A program made the position numbers and the translations under genes. A DNA stretch of 64,000 nt from positions 1-64,000 of the forward strand of contig NIVC01001427.1 in assembly GCA_002269645.1 (NCBI GenBank), read 5' to 3'. This DNA comes from Macrostomum lignano (lineage: Eukaryota). Position 1 is the first letter of the stretch; each line of letters opens with the position of its first letter. Below, one piece after another: positions 12,405-24,625 of the stretch. The notes beneath the pieces were generated by a model, which did no database searches, was not told the origin of the DNA, and worked only from the letters and a program-made list of their open reading frames with translations.

Positions 12405-15400
12405 ATGGCGAACGACTTCACAAAAATATTTTCGAAGTGTATTCTATCCATAATTTTTATCTCGCTATGGGTAAGTGACCAAATAAAAGATTTGTCTATG
12501 AACATGATTGTCAATGACGAATGTATTTCTTTTTACTGTTTCTACTCTACTAGTGACTGTAAAAGTAGTTTTAGCAAGCAAATAACAAAAATTATAGGAA
12601 TTGGCCTAAGGCCTACCCATTTTATTTCTTTCTTTCACTGAAATTGTCAATGAGCCCTAGCCTACACAAGGCTTAGGAAAATTTTATTTAGAAAAATAAA
12701 ACAATTAGAAAGATTTGTGAACAAGGCTAATTGTCTTAAAAGCTTTTTAATCATTCTTTTCTATTGAAATCATAGACATAGGCTCAAAGTTAGGCAATCT
12801 GGCAATCTCCTAGGCCTAATTTATAGCATTAAATTATTTTTCCGTTTTTTCATATGGAGATGTTTGGAACAGATGGAATACAATATACAAGTAGCAAGCA
12901 TATTATAAATGTCAAGTAGAGGTCACAATCCTGGGATCCTAAAATTTAGGAATCTTAGGAAGCTTTTTCTAGGTCCTAGGATTTATAGGGTTGGGATTCA
13001 ATCTCAAAAAGTTAGAAGTAGGCAGACAGAAGTTAGATAAAACAAATTAGATAAGCACAGTAGCGCAACCAGAAATTTTTTGAGGGGGTGGATTTTGGAG
13101 GGTAAAGTCCCAGGAGGGGAGTCAGAGGGGTGGCTCTGTTTATAGCAAAAATTTGCTTGGTCCCCCTTTGATTTTTTAGGTCTGTCTAAGGGGGTTGCAA
13201 TTGCCCCCTCTCTGGTTGTGCCACTGGATTAGCATAGTAATTAAAGTGCAAGTGCAGCAAAAACAAGCAAGAGAACTAAACAAGTAAATAAATAAAACAT
13301 TTTCAAAGTTTCATAGAATTTAGTTAGTTCCTTTCCATAATTTAACAAATATTTATTTAAAAGATTAATAAAGATTAAATATAGTTTATTTTGTATACTT
13401 GTCAACATGTTTTTTCACTTTTTACTTGATGCCAACAAATTTATTATGGATAACCATTATGGCAAATTCTGGAAATTTGTTGTAATCTGTAACTCTAGTT
13501 ATAAGCTTAAAAAGTTGCTATAGCCATAATCTGTTACAAAAATATAGTTACAAAATTGCTACTCCTATAATTTACTATACTAGAACCATGGCATAATGAT
13601 AGTGAAATGCTACTTTTATAATGTCTAATATAATATTAATTAGCTAGATATTAAGTCTTTTATAGTAGTTAGTTAATATATAAAGCAAACATGTGTCTAT
13701 GTCTATTCTCTGTTACCCTCTTTGTAAAATCTTTAATGTTGTTTGAGTTAAGTCTTGTTTAAATAATTTATTATTGATTTTAAATTTTGAACTCATTGTG
13801 TATATTGTAATAACCTAACAATGTGAATGCCCATAGCTAGGCAATAATAGATTATAATTATAAATGTAATATATACTTATATTGCTTTGTATAGTAATCA
13901 ATCATGATAGCAATATATATTAGATTATCCAATATATATTATACATAATATATATGCATATATTACAATATTCATATTACAAGTAATATATAAAAATATA
14001 TTATATTATATAGTTATACTTTATACTAACAGTTGCATTATCCCTTTATAATATATAAAGGGATAAAAGGATATTGTTTTTTTAAAAACATAACAATTTT
14101 ATAGCTTTAATAAAAGTAATTATATTTCTTTTTAGTTAGCATAAAACCACAATAGAAAAGTGTACATTATGACAAAAAAATTCTGGCATATATCAACAAA
14201 AATATGCATAAAGTGGCATATATAGTATGCAACAAAAGCCTAGCAGAAATTTTAGCACACAGTGGTGCATAGCAAAAGCTGATCAAAAATATTTAGCTCA
14301 AAATAGGTTGTCCAAAATGTATAATATATGTATGCAATGCATGAAATATGCTTTTAGATGCATTTTTCTAAGGCATAATTGATGCATGTCTATTAAATAA
14401 TTGTTTTTTTGGAAAATTAAACAAGTAATAAAAATTCAGGCTAGTGCTGTAATATAAAGTGTTTGTAGATTTTTTGTCATTTTTTAATGCAAGCTCAAAT
14501 AAAATGGAGTTTTAAATGAAAAGGTGCTTTTAAAAGCTACAAAAATGGATCTAATATTTTCATTCTTGATTTAATCTGAATTTTACCAAATTTTTTGTGC
14601 TATTGCACACTGGTGCTCTAATTATACATATAGCAATAAATGAATGTAGGCTTCAGTACACAAATTTGTAGTTTAGCTTTGCGCACATTGCACACCAAGA
14701 ATATGTTAAAATATAATAAATAAGTCCCATATTTGAGTTGGTAGCCATCTAGGAGATGTACGAATTAAACCTGGTTGCCTGGTCAACTGACTCAGCTAAA
14801 TAGATATAAGATATACTACTATAGACATGTGACACCTTCCTAAGTGTGGGTAAAGACAAAAAAATTCTTCTTATTTTTAGCTAGTATAATAAGAATATAA
14901 CTTTTAATAAAGTTAATATAGGTTTAAATGATGTATCTTAATATAACAAATTTTCTTTTTTATTTTAAGGCTTATAGTACAAGCACAAAAAAATTATTAT
15001 GCTGAAGCCTATTAGAATACCATTTTAATAGATTCTTTTAAAGTATATAATTTTTTATTTAATATAATATTTTGTTTGGAGTCATAAAATCGTAATCAAA
15101 GTTGTTATTAATTTTATTTATTAATTAACTATTTTAGGCTGCTTCTGCATGCCTAATTGTGGTTGGCGCCGTGGTCTGGCATGGGGCTGGCAGCATTGAC
15201 AGCATTGCCAAGAGCACTTATGCACTGGTACCCACTGTGATCATTCTCGGCTCTGGCATCTTCCTGTTCCTATTGGGCGTCATTGGCTGCTTTGCCTGCA
15301 TTAATGAGAACCGCTGCCTGCTGAGCACCTTCTTCATCCTGCTGCTGCTCATCCTGCTGGGCGAGATCACCGCTGCTACCATGGGCATCGTGTACCAGTG

Positions 15401-18400
15401 AGTCTGGCCCTGCTGTCAGCAACCTATTCACTGACACTTCTACTGTCAGCAACCCTTTCACTGACACTTGCACTGTCAGCAACCCTTTCACTGACACTTC
15501 TACTGTCAGCAACCCTTTCACTGACACTTGCACTGTCAGCAAACCTTTCACTGACACTTGCACTGTCAGCAACCCTTTCACTGACACTTGCACTGTCAGC
15601 AAACCTTTCACTGACACTTTTACTGTCAGCAACCCTTTCACTGACACTTCTACTGTCAGCAACCCTTTCACTGACACTTCTACTGTCAGCAACCCTTTCA
15701 CTGACACTTCTACTGTCAGCAACCCTTTCACTGACACCTACTGTCAGCAACACTTTCACTGACACTTCTACTGTCAGCAGCCCTTTCACTGACACTTGTA
15801 CCGTCAGCAACCCTTTCACTGACACTTGTACCGTCAGCAACCCTTTCACTGACACTTGCACTGTCAGCAAAACTTATCACTGACACTTGCACTATCAGCA
15901 ACCTTTTCACTGACACCTACTGTCAGCAACCCTTTCACTGACACCTACTGTCAGCAACCTTTTCACTGACACTTGTACTGTCAGCAACCCTTTCACTGAC
16001 ACCTACTGTCAGCAACACTTTCAATGACACCTACTGTCAGCAACCCTTTCACTGACACTTGCACTGTCAGCAACCCTTTCACTGACACCTACTGTCAGCA
16101 ACACTTTCACTGACACTTGTACTGTCAGCAACCCTTTCACTGACACCTACTGTCAGCAACACTTTCAATGACACCTACTGTCAGCAACCCTTTCACTGAC
16201 ACTTGCACTGTCAGCAACCCTTTCACTGACACTTGCACTGTCAGCAAAACTTATCACTGACACTTGCACTATCAGCAACCTTTTCACTGACACCTACTGT
16301 CAGCAACCCTTTCACTGACACCTACTGTCAGCAACCTTTTCACTGACACTTGTACTGTCAGCAACCCTTTCACTGACACCTACTGTCAGCAACACTTTCA
16401 ATGACACTTGCACTGTCAGCAACCCTTTCACTGACGCTTCTACTGTCAGCAACCCTTTCACTGATACTTCTACTGTCAGCAACCCTTTCACTGATACTTG
16501 TACTGTCAGCAACCCTTTCACTGACACTTCTACTGTCAGCAACCCTTTCACTGATACTTCTACTGTCAGCAACCCTTTCACTGATACTTGTACTGTCAGC
16601 AACCTTTTCACTGACACTTGTACTGTCAGCAACCCTTTCACTGACACTTCTACTGTCAGCAACCCTTTCACTGATACTTCTACTGTCAGCAACCCTTTCA
16701 CTGATACTTGTACTGTCAGCAACCCTTTCACTGACACTTGTACTGTCAGCAACCCTTTCACTGACACTTGTACTGTCAGCAACACTTTCACTGACACTTG
16801 TACCGTCAGCAACCCTTTCACTGACACTTGCACTGTCAGCAACCCTTTCACTGACACTTGTACTGTCAGCAACCCTTTCACTGACGCTTCTACTGTCAGC
16901 AACTCTTTCACTGACACTTGCACTGTCAGCAACCCTTTCACTGACGCTTCTACTGTCAGCAACCCTTTCACTGATACTTCTACTGTCAGCAACCCTTTCA
17001 CTGATACTTGTACTGTCAGCAACCCTTTCACTGACACTTCTACTGTCAGCAACCCTTTCACTGATACTTCTACTGTCAGCAACCCTTTCACTGACGCTTC
17101 TACTGTCAGCAACCCTTTCACTGACACTTCTACTGTCAGCAACCCTTTCACTGACACTTGTACTGTCAGCAACCCTTTCACTGACACTTCTACTATCAGC
17201 AACACTTTTAAGCTAGCATTAGTCATTTAGTTTGGCATTGAAGTGAAAGCTGTCAGTAGGTGTTCAAATCTTCAACCCCGTCAGTAGCGGGCGGAATGAA
17301 GCCAATGGGTAAGATTAAAAAGTTTATCAGTAGTTGGAGTGTACGCAGGGCAGTCTGCGCGGGCGATATTTGAACCTTCTGTCGCCGCCTGTCGGAATAG
17401 AGATAGAAATTTCCAGCAATGTGCTGTCACGTTTGAGATAAGCTGCCTCGCTGCAGTTTGCCTGTGCAACCAGCTAATTATTATCATTGCAATATCAGGT
17501 CGAATGCGTCATACCTCTGCTATGCCAATTTATAGTCTGCACGTGCCCGAGTGTAAATATTTTCTCTTGGCTATTTTTGTACACTTTATACTTCTAAACA
17601 TAACTGGGCGGTTGGTGCAAGTTATGCAGAAGTTGAACTGTTTGGCATAGAAAGTTTCAAGCGCTTAGAGGAGTCAGGACTGAAGGCGACATGCGAAAGA
17701 GTTTCGCTTTTCAGATCAAAGTTGCATCAGCTCCTCCCTCAGATTGGGATTCCTGCATCAGCTCCACCCTCAGATTGGGATTCCTGCCCCAGCTCCTCTC
17801 TCAGATTGGGATTCCTGCCCCAGCTCCTCCCTCAGATTGGGATTCCTGCCCTGCCCCAGCTCCTCCCTCAGATTGGGATTCCTGTCCTGCCCCAGCTCCT
17901 TCCTCAGATTGGGATTCCTGCCTCAGCTCCTCCCTCAGATTGGGATTCCTGCCCCAGCTCCTCCCTCAGATTGGGATTCCTGCCCCAGCTCCTCCCTCAG
18001 ATTGGGATTCCTGCCCCAGCTCCTCCCTCAGATTGGGATTCCTGCCCTGCCCCAGCTCCTTCCTCAGATTGGGATTCCTGCCCTGCCCCAGCTCCTCCCT
18101 CAGATTGGGATTCCTGCCCTGCCCCAGCTCCTTCCTCAGATTGGGATTCCTGCCTCAGCTCCTCCCTCAGATTGGGATTCCTGCCCCAGCTCCTCCCTCA
18201 GATTGGGATTCCTGCCCCAGCTCCTCCCTCAGATTGGGATTCCTGCCCTGCCCCAGCTCCTTCCTCAGATTGGGATTCCTGCCTCAGCTCCTCCCTCAGA
18301 TTGGGATTCCTGCCCCAGCTCCTCCCTCAGATTGGGATTCCTGCCCCAGCTCCACCCTCAGATTGGGATTCCTGCCCCAGCTCCTCCCTCAGATTGGGAT

Positions 18401-20840
18401 TCCTGCATCAGCTCCTCTCTCAGATTGGGATTCCTGCCCCAGCTCCTCCCTCAGATTGGGATTCCTGCATCAGCTCCTCTCTCAGATTGGGATTCCTGCC
18501 CCAGCTCCTCCCTCAGATTGGGATTCCTGCATCAGCTCCTCTCTCAGATTGGGATTCCTGCCTCAGCTCCTCCCTCAGATTGGGATTCCTGCATCAGCTC
18601 CTCTCTCAGATTGGGATTCCTGCCCCAGCTCCTCCCTCAGATTGGGATTCCTGCCCTGCCCCAGCTCCTTCCTCAGATTGGGATTCCTGCCCCAGCTCCT
18701 CCCTCAGATTGGGATTCCTGCCCCAGCTCCTCCCTCAGATTGGGATTCCTGCATCAGCTCCTCTCTCAGATTGGGATTCCTGCCTCAGCTCCTTCCTCAG
18801 ATTGGGATTCCTGCCCCAGCTCCTCCCTCAGATTGGGATTCCTGCCCCAGCTCCTCCCTCAGATTGGGATTCCTGCATCAGCTCCTCTCTCAGATTGGGA
18901 TTCCTGCCTCAGCTCCTCCCTCAGATTGGGATTCCTGCATCAGCTCCTCTCTCAGATTGGGATTCCTGCCCCAGCTCCTCCCTCAGATTGGGATTCCTGC
19001 CCTGCCCCAGCTCCACCCTCAGATTGGGATTCCTGCATCAGCTCCACCCTCAGATTGGGATTCCTGCCTCAGCTTCTCCCTCAGATTGGGATTCCTGCCC
19101 CAGCTCCACCCTCAGATTGGGATTCCTGCCCCAGCTCCTCCCTCAGATTGGGATTCCTGCCCCAGCTCCTCTCTCAGATTGGGATTCCTGCCCCAGCTCC
19201 TCCCTCAGATTGGGATTCCTGCCCTGCCCCAGCTCCTTCCTCAGATTGGGATTCCTGCCCCAGCTCCACCCTCAGATTGGGATTCCTGCCCCAGCTCCTC
19301 CCTCAGATTGGGATTCCTGCCCCAGCTCCTCCCTCAGATTGGGATTCCTGCCCCAGCTCCTCTCTCAGATTGGGATTCCTGCCCCAGCTCCACCCTCAGA
19401 TTGGGATTCCTGCCCCAGCTCCTCTCTCAGATTGGGATTCCTGCCTCAGCTCCTCCCTCAGATTGGGATTCCTGCATCAGCTTCTCCCTCAGATTGGGAT
19501 TCCTGCATCAGCTCCTCTCTCAGATTGGGATTCCTGCATCAGCTCCATCCTCAGATTGGGATTCCTGCATCAGCTCCACCCTCAGATTGGGATTCCTGCC
19601 CCAGCTCCTCCCTCAGATTGGGATTCCTGCCCCAGCTCCTCCCTCAGATTGGGATTCCTGCCCCAGCTTCTCTCTCAGATTGGGATTCCTGCCCCAGCTC
19701 CTCCCTCAGATTGGGATTCCTGCCCTGCCCCAGCTCCTTCCTCAGATTGGGATTCCTGCCCCAGCTCCTCCCTCAGATTGGGATTTCTGCATCAGCTCCT
19801 CCCTCAGATTGGGATTCCTGCATCAGCTCCACCCTCAGATTGGGATTCCTGCCTCAGCTTCTCCCTCAGATTGGGATTCCTGCATCAGCTCCACCCTCAG
19901 ATTGGGATTCCTGCCTCAGCTTCTCCCTCAGATTGGGATTCCTGCATCAGCTCCACCCTCAGATTGCGATTCCTGCATCAGCTCCTCTCTCAGATTGGGA
20001 TTCCTGCCCCAGCTCCTCCCTCAGATTGGGATTCCTGCCCCAGCTCCTCCCTCAGATTGGGATTCCTGCATCAGCTCCACCCTCAGATTGCGATTCCTGC
20101 ATCAGCTCCTCTCTCAGATTGGGATTCCTGCATCAGCTCCATCCTAAGATTGGGATTCCTGCATCAGCTCCACCCTCAGATTGGGATTCCTGCCCCAGCT
20201 CCTCCCTCAGATTGGGATTCCTGCCCCAGCTCCTCCCTCAGATTGGGATTCCTGCCCCAGCTCCTCTCTCAGATTGGGATTCCTGCATCAGCTCCACCCT
20301 CAGATTGGGATTCCTGCCTCAGCTTCTCCCTCAGATTGGGATGCCTGCATCAGCTACTACTGCCAGTAAGCAGACACCTGAACCCTGCTCCCCCCCCCCT
20401 CCATCAGCGGGCAGGTGCGAAGCGCCATCGACACCGAGCTGAACAAGGAGCTGCAGAGCTACCACAACGACTCGCTGCTGAAGTCTGAGGTCGACTTCAT
20501 CCAGTCCACCTACCAGTGCTGCGGCGTGAACAACTTTACCGACTGGCTGGAGACGCCGTGGTCCCGGCAGCACAACCTGACGGTGCCGGACTCCTGCTGC
20601 CGCGACCACCGCTGCAACGACACGGACCCGACTGTTGATAGCCAAGTGTTCCACAGCGGCTGCCTGAGCAAGCTCAACTACGACTTCTCTCGATTCCTGG
20701 GCCTCATCGCCGCTTTCTCCTTGGTGGTGGCCATCCTGCAGGCCCTCGGTCTGCTGGCCTCCTGCGTGCTCATGTGCCGGGAGCGGCGCAGCCCGACCTA
20801 CCAGCGCTTCGGCGAGCAGGAGGGCGGCCGGCACGTGTGA
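12405..20840 (+). CDS. Tetraspanin (TSPAN3/7-like), complete, 3 exons, 252 aa
   Basis: Exons 12405-12470 (MANDFTKIFSKCILSIIFISLW|GTAAGT), 15138-15397 and 20408-20840. Phases 0 and 2 match and the total of 759 nt is in frame. Four hydrophobic helices, CCG and PDSCC motifs, C-terminal YQRF (YxxPhi). Confidence 0.95.
13058..13226. mobile_element. 169-bp hAT-type MITE in tetraspanin intron 1
   Basis: TIRs CAGTAGCGCAACCAG and CTGGTTGTGCCACTG match at 13/15. Flanks GATAAGCA and GATTAGCA match at 7/8, consistent with an 8-bp TSD. Confidence 0.75.
15413..17209. repeat. 30-bp minisatellite (ACTGTCAGCAACCCTTTCACTGACACTTCT, with 28-bp variants), about 60 copies, tetraspanin intron 2
   Basis: Directly visible; starts 15 nt after the donor at 15398. 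Confidence 0.97.
17723..20355. repeat. 31-bp minisatellite (CCTGCCCCAGCTCCTCCCTCAGATTGGGATT, with 36-bp variants), about 80-85 copies, tetraspanin intron 2
   Basis: Directly visible; ends about 50 nt before the acceptor at 20407. Confidence 0.97.
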
Positions 20841-20902
20841 ATTGCGCATGGAGCTGGCGCGGAGTGCGACTTGATGTGACGGGACAGCTCTGAGAGTGTT
20901 TT

Positions 20903-21498
20903 GGGATTTGAGTTTGTCATATTTGAGTTGGGAAGTTTTTGTAGGATTTGAGTTTGTCATATTTGAGTTGAGAAGTTTTTGTAGGATTTGAGTTTGTCAT
21001 CTTTGAGTTGAGAAGTCTTTGTTAGGATTTGAGTTTGTCATCTTTGAGTTGAGAAGTTTTTGTAAGATTTGAGTTTGTCATATTTGAGTTGAGAAGTCTT
21101 TGTTAGGATTTGAGTTTAGAGAAGTCTTTGTTGGGATTTGAGTTTAGAGAAGTCTTTGTTAGGATTTGAGTTTAGAGAAGTCTTTGTTGGGATTTGAGTT
21201 TAGAGAAGTCTAGGATTTGAGTTTAGATAAGTCTTTGTAGGATTTGAGTTTAGAGAAGTCTTTGTAGGATTTGAGTTTAGAGAAGTCTTTGTTGGGATTT
21301 GAGTTTAGAGAAGTCTTTGTAGGATTTGAGTTTAGAAAGTCTTTGTTGGGATTTGAGTTTAGAAAGTCTTTGTTGGGATTTGAGTTTAGAGAAGTCTTTG
21401 TTGGGATTTGAGTTTAGAGAAGTCTTTGTAGGATTTGAGTTTAGAGAAGTGTTTGTAGGATTTGAGTTTAGAGAAATCTTTGTTGGGATTTGAGTTTA
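20903..21498. repeat. Tandem repeat downstream of the tetraspanin stop; a ~40-bp unit converts to a ~27-28-bp unit (GGATTTGAGTTTAGAGAAGTCTTTGT)
   Basis: Directly visible; the unit shortens at about 21110. Confidence 0.93.
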
Positions 21499-22736
21499 CT
21501 ATCCTTTAATTGAGAAGAAGTATTTGTATATAGGAGCTACCATACTGAGTTGAAACAAAGACTCATATAATTTAGGCTTGATGTGTTGTCTTGGTGTTAA
21601 TTTTTCTCATTCTATCCTGACCTCTTGTACCGCTGTCTGTCTGTCCGCAGCCCAACCTACTCAGATATTTAGCTTAGCTCGCAGTTTCCGATCATCCAAT
21701 CGATTGATGCACCTCTCTGGCCCGGTCGCTTTAGCCACAGTCAAAGCAATCTTTATTTTTTAGAACCCCAGCACTGCACAGATTGTTCAAGTTTGTCATA
21801 CTTGGTGTCCCTGCTGTTGTTACTAATGTTAATATATTATCTATTAATATCTATATGTAATACACAATATGTACCAGTCTTCTTATGTTCGAATCTTCTT
21901 TAAAAAGTCGTCTGTTATTGTAGCAGGATCTGTGTAAACTTGCTGTCAAATTCAGACATTTGAGCTGCCTGGGCGTGGCTTGCCTGATCTCCGATTGTGT
22001 TCTGCTTTGCGTATTTTTAGTCCCCCCAGCCCCGCCCTTATCCAGACTCTAGCTGGTTCCGCCAGACAATACTGAAAACTGTTTTTTTGTTCATTAATGT
22101 TTTCCTTTGTTAATTTCTGTTTCAACTCTGCACTTCGATTTTAAAATAAGAAACCGAAATTTTCTTCATCATTTTTTTATTCGATGTTTGGAAAGTATAT
22201 ATTGTTTTTCGCGATTATTCAGCTACTATCCTATCTAAATTTAGACAGCAAAAATTGCAAATGTGAAAGTTCTTTTTTGTGGCTTTTTTCTTTTTGAACT
22301 GTGCACTGTAGCAGCTAACCCACAGTTGGGAAGTCTTGCTTTCATGTAGGGTTGTGCCATAGACAAACATTTATGCGGTGGGAACATGGGCTCTGTCAAG
22401 GTGAGAAGGCTTCAATATTTGAATTAAAATGGCATCCATCGAACAAAAGAAACTTTTTCTGTCCCTGACGGGAGCTCGCAAGTCAATACTGTTTGGAAGT
22501 TTTGCTGACGTTTCTGAGGCGAAAAGAGTAAGAAAAGAAAGGCATGGAAGGAGATTAGAGCTGCCATGGAGTCCGATGGACTGCAGAGCAAGTCTGTTGA
22601 TTATCTGCGAGACACGCTGTGGAAAAACATTCGGCTTCCACTTCTCGCTCAACTGCGGGCCAATATGATCCACCGGGAGCGCGTCAAATAGTGGAATCTC
22701 CATTCTTAGCCGCCTCTCGAGAATGCTAAGCATTAG

Positions 22737-23413
22737 TATCGCTTTTGACGCTCTAGATAAGACTTTAGACATTCAAAATAAGACTGCATAGGATCGCAAG
22801 CAAGGCCAGGCTAGCCACGGCCAGAGCATGCCCAGTCTTGGCTGCAGGAATGGCTTGGCCATAGACTCAAAAATGGAATATCAAAATGAGATAAGACGCT
22901 CAATATGAGACTGAGTGTGAAAGCCTTCTTGTGAGAGGCTGCTCCACCTGCAGATTTCACACAAGAGGAGTGGCGCTTCATGCTGCTGGAGCGGATTGCA
23001 CGGGAGGCAGTCGGCCTCGTCATCACAGCTGAGAAGGCGGCCAGATGGGAACTCCGCTGTCAGAGGCACTTTGGCAGGTGCTTAAATCGAATGGCCTTCT
23101 AACGCAGTCCGCCAGGCTGACTTCAGTGATGGACTAAACATTTCGATATGCTATTCTGCTTCTTGTTTATTGCCTAATTTCTTCTTAGCTGTTTGTATGG
23201 TGACTGCCAAAAAGCAAATAAATTACGTTCACTCCCGGTCTCATATTGAGCGTCTTATTCTCATTTTGATATTCCATTTTTTAGTCTATGGCCAAGCAAT
23301 TCCTGCAGCCAAGACTGGGCATACTCTGGCCGTGGCTAGCCTGGCCTTGCTTGCGATCCTATGCAGTCTTATTTTGAATGTCTAAAGTCTTATCTAGAGC
23401 GTCAAAAGCGATA
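22737..23413. repeat. Long inverted repeat, ~175-bp arms (22737-22911 and 23238-23413), ~326-bp spacer
   Basis: The reverse complement of 23238-23413 matches 22737-22911 with only a few differences (TATCGCTTTTGACGCTCTAGATAAGAC...CAATATGAGAC). Confidence 0.92.
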
Positions 23414-23565
23414 GCACTTAAAGTTGTGTCCTTTTAGCTGAACTGCTAAGCTCATGAACCGCAAACCAAGCCTTTTGACCATGGACATCGCTCAGAAACC
23501 ACTCTCATCCGACTGCAAAGCTCGTGAAGCCGAAAGCTGCCTAAGCAGCTTTGCTAAATAGTAAA

Positions 23566-23798
23566 CCTTTTCATATTCAATTTTAATCAAAGTCCACTTC
23601 TAAAAAAACGCGGAAATTCAAATTCAGACTGGGGACGATTTTGTTTATGGCTAAACCTTGCTCCGGTGGCATAAATGTTTTGAACTGGGGTTTGTTTCTA
23701 TTGATTTTCCGTAAGCGTTTCCGCAGTCTGAATTGTCTGAATTGAATTTCCGCTAGTTTTTTAGAACTGGACTTTGATCAAAATTGAACGTAAAAAGG
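23566..23798. repeat. Imperfect inverted repeat, ~64-bp arms, MITE-like
   Basis: CCTTTTCATATTCAATTTTAATCAAAGTCCACTTCTAAAAAAACGCGGAAATTCAAATTCAGAC aligns with the reverse complement of 23735-23798. Confidence 0.7.
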
Positions 23799-23799
23799 T

Positions 23800-23885
23800 G
23801 TAGTTAGCAGTGCTTCATGAAATCGGTCCCGGGTTCGAATCCGTGCGCGGCCACATTCATTTGGGGCTTGTGTACACTTTGACGA
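23800..23885 (+). mobile_element. Fragment of a second tRNA-derived SINE-like family (copy A)
   Basis: B-box GGTTCGAATCC followed by GTGCGCGGCCACATTCATTTGGGGCT; a similar string occurs at about 27880-27930. Confidence 0.35.
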
Positions 23886-24321
23886 GAGTGAATCGAAGTT
23901 TCAGTAAGTCTGGACCATAGACTGTTGATATGAAGTGGACTTTGTCAAAAATGGAAGTGAAGTTTTTACAATTTTAGACATGTGCCTATCTATGTAGTGC
24001 AATTTCGTTTTCCAATTAACATTTCAGTTTGCTTTGGTGCGAAGCTATCCGTACAGAATGGAGATTCTGATCGTACACTGCTTTAATGAACAGCTGTATA
24101 AATTTGGAACAAATTTGACCACAGGGAAGCATTTTCTTGAGGTTAGAACTGACCTTCCCTTTCAGTTGTCGATTATGAAAGGGAGTTGGTCTGAAGTGGA
24201 TGTAGTTTCAGAGATGCTAAGCTTGAAGTGTCGAAGATGAAGTTCCCTTCGTCGAAAGAGGAACTGAGTTTGAATGAAAATGGAGGTAAAATTTAGTAGG
24301 AAGAGCAGTCTCTCAGAAAAA

Positions 24322-24625
24322 GGGGTTGGTAGCCTGCTAGTGGTTAGAGCGTCTGACTCATGACTTGAAGGTCAGGGGTTCGATTCCCGATCCCACTGGA
24401 ACAATTTCTGTCCTTGAGCAAGATACTTAACTCTGCATTGCTTCAGTTCACCCAGCTGTAAAATGGGTACCAGCACTAGCTGGGGTAGTTGAGGGTGTGT
24501 GGCTTGGACTGAACAGCCGTACGCAGCCTTCAGATGCCCCGTGAAATAGCTGCGGCTGAGCTGTCAGTTGCACATCTGGCCCAATTGGGGCAGGTGTAAT
24601 CAGTTGTTATATATATAGTATGATT
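24322..24625 (+). mobile_element. tRNA-derived SINE with CORE-like central domain, copy 1
   Basis: A-box-like and B-box (GGTTCGATTCC) head, then CCTTGAGCAAGATACTTAAC...CAGCTGTAAAATGGG. 15-bp TSD AGTC[T/A]CTCAGAAAAA at 24307-24321 and 24626-24640 (one mismatch). Confidence 0.88.

Noticed and set aside
15270-17226. ORFs up to 304 aa (VSVKGLLTVE / LSATLSLTL repeats)
   Set aside because: They come from the 30-bp minisatellite inside a phase-consistent tetraspanin intron.
17691-20488. Three overlapping ORFs of 818-914 aa
   Set aside because: A stop-free 31-bp unit leaves all three frames open with the same cyclic peptide, and the array lies within intron 15398-20407.
24322-24400. tRNA genes at the SINE heads (also 28064, 55620, 58600, 60630)
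   Set aside because: There is no 3' acceptor-stem strand, the anticodon stems are imperfect, and each head continues into the same SINE body.
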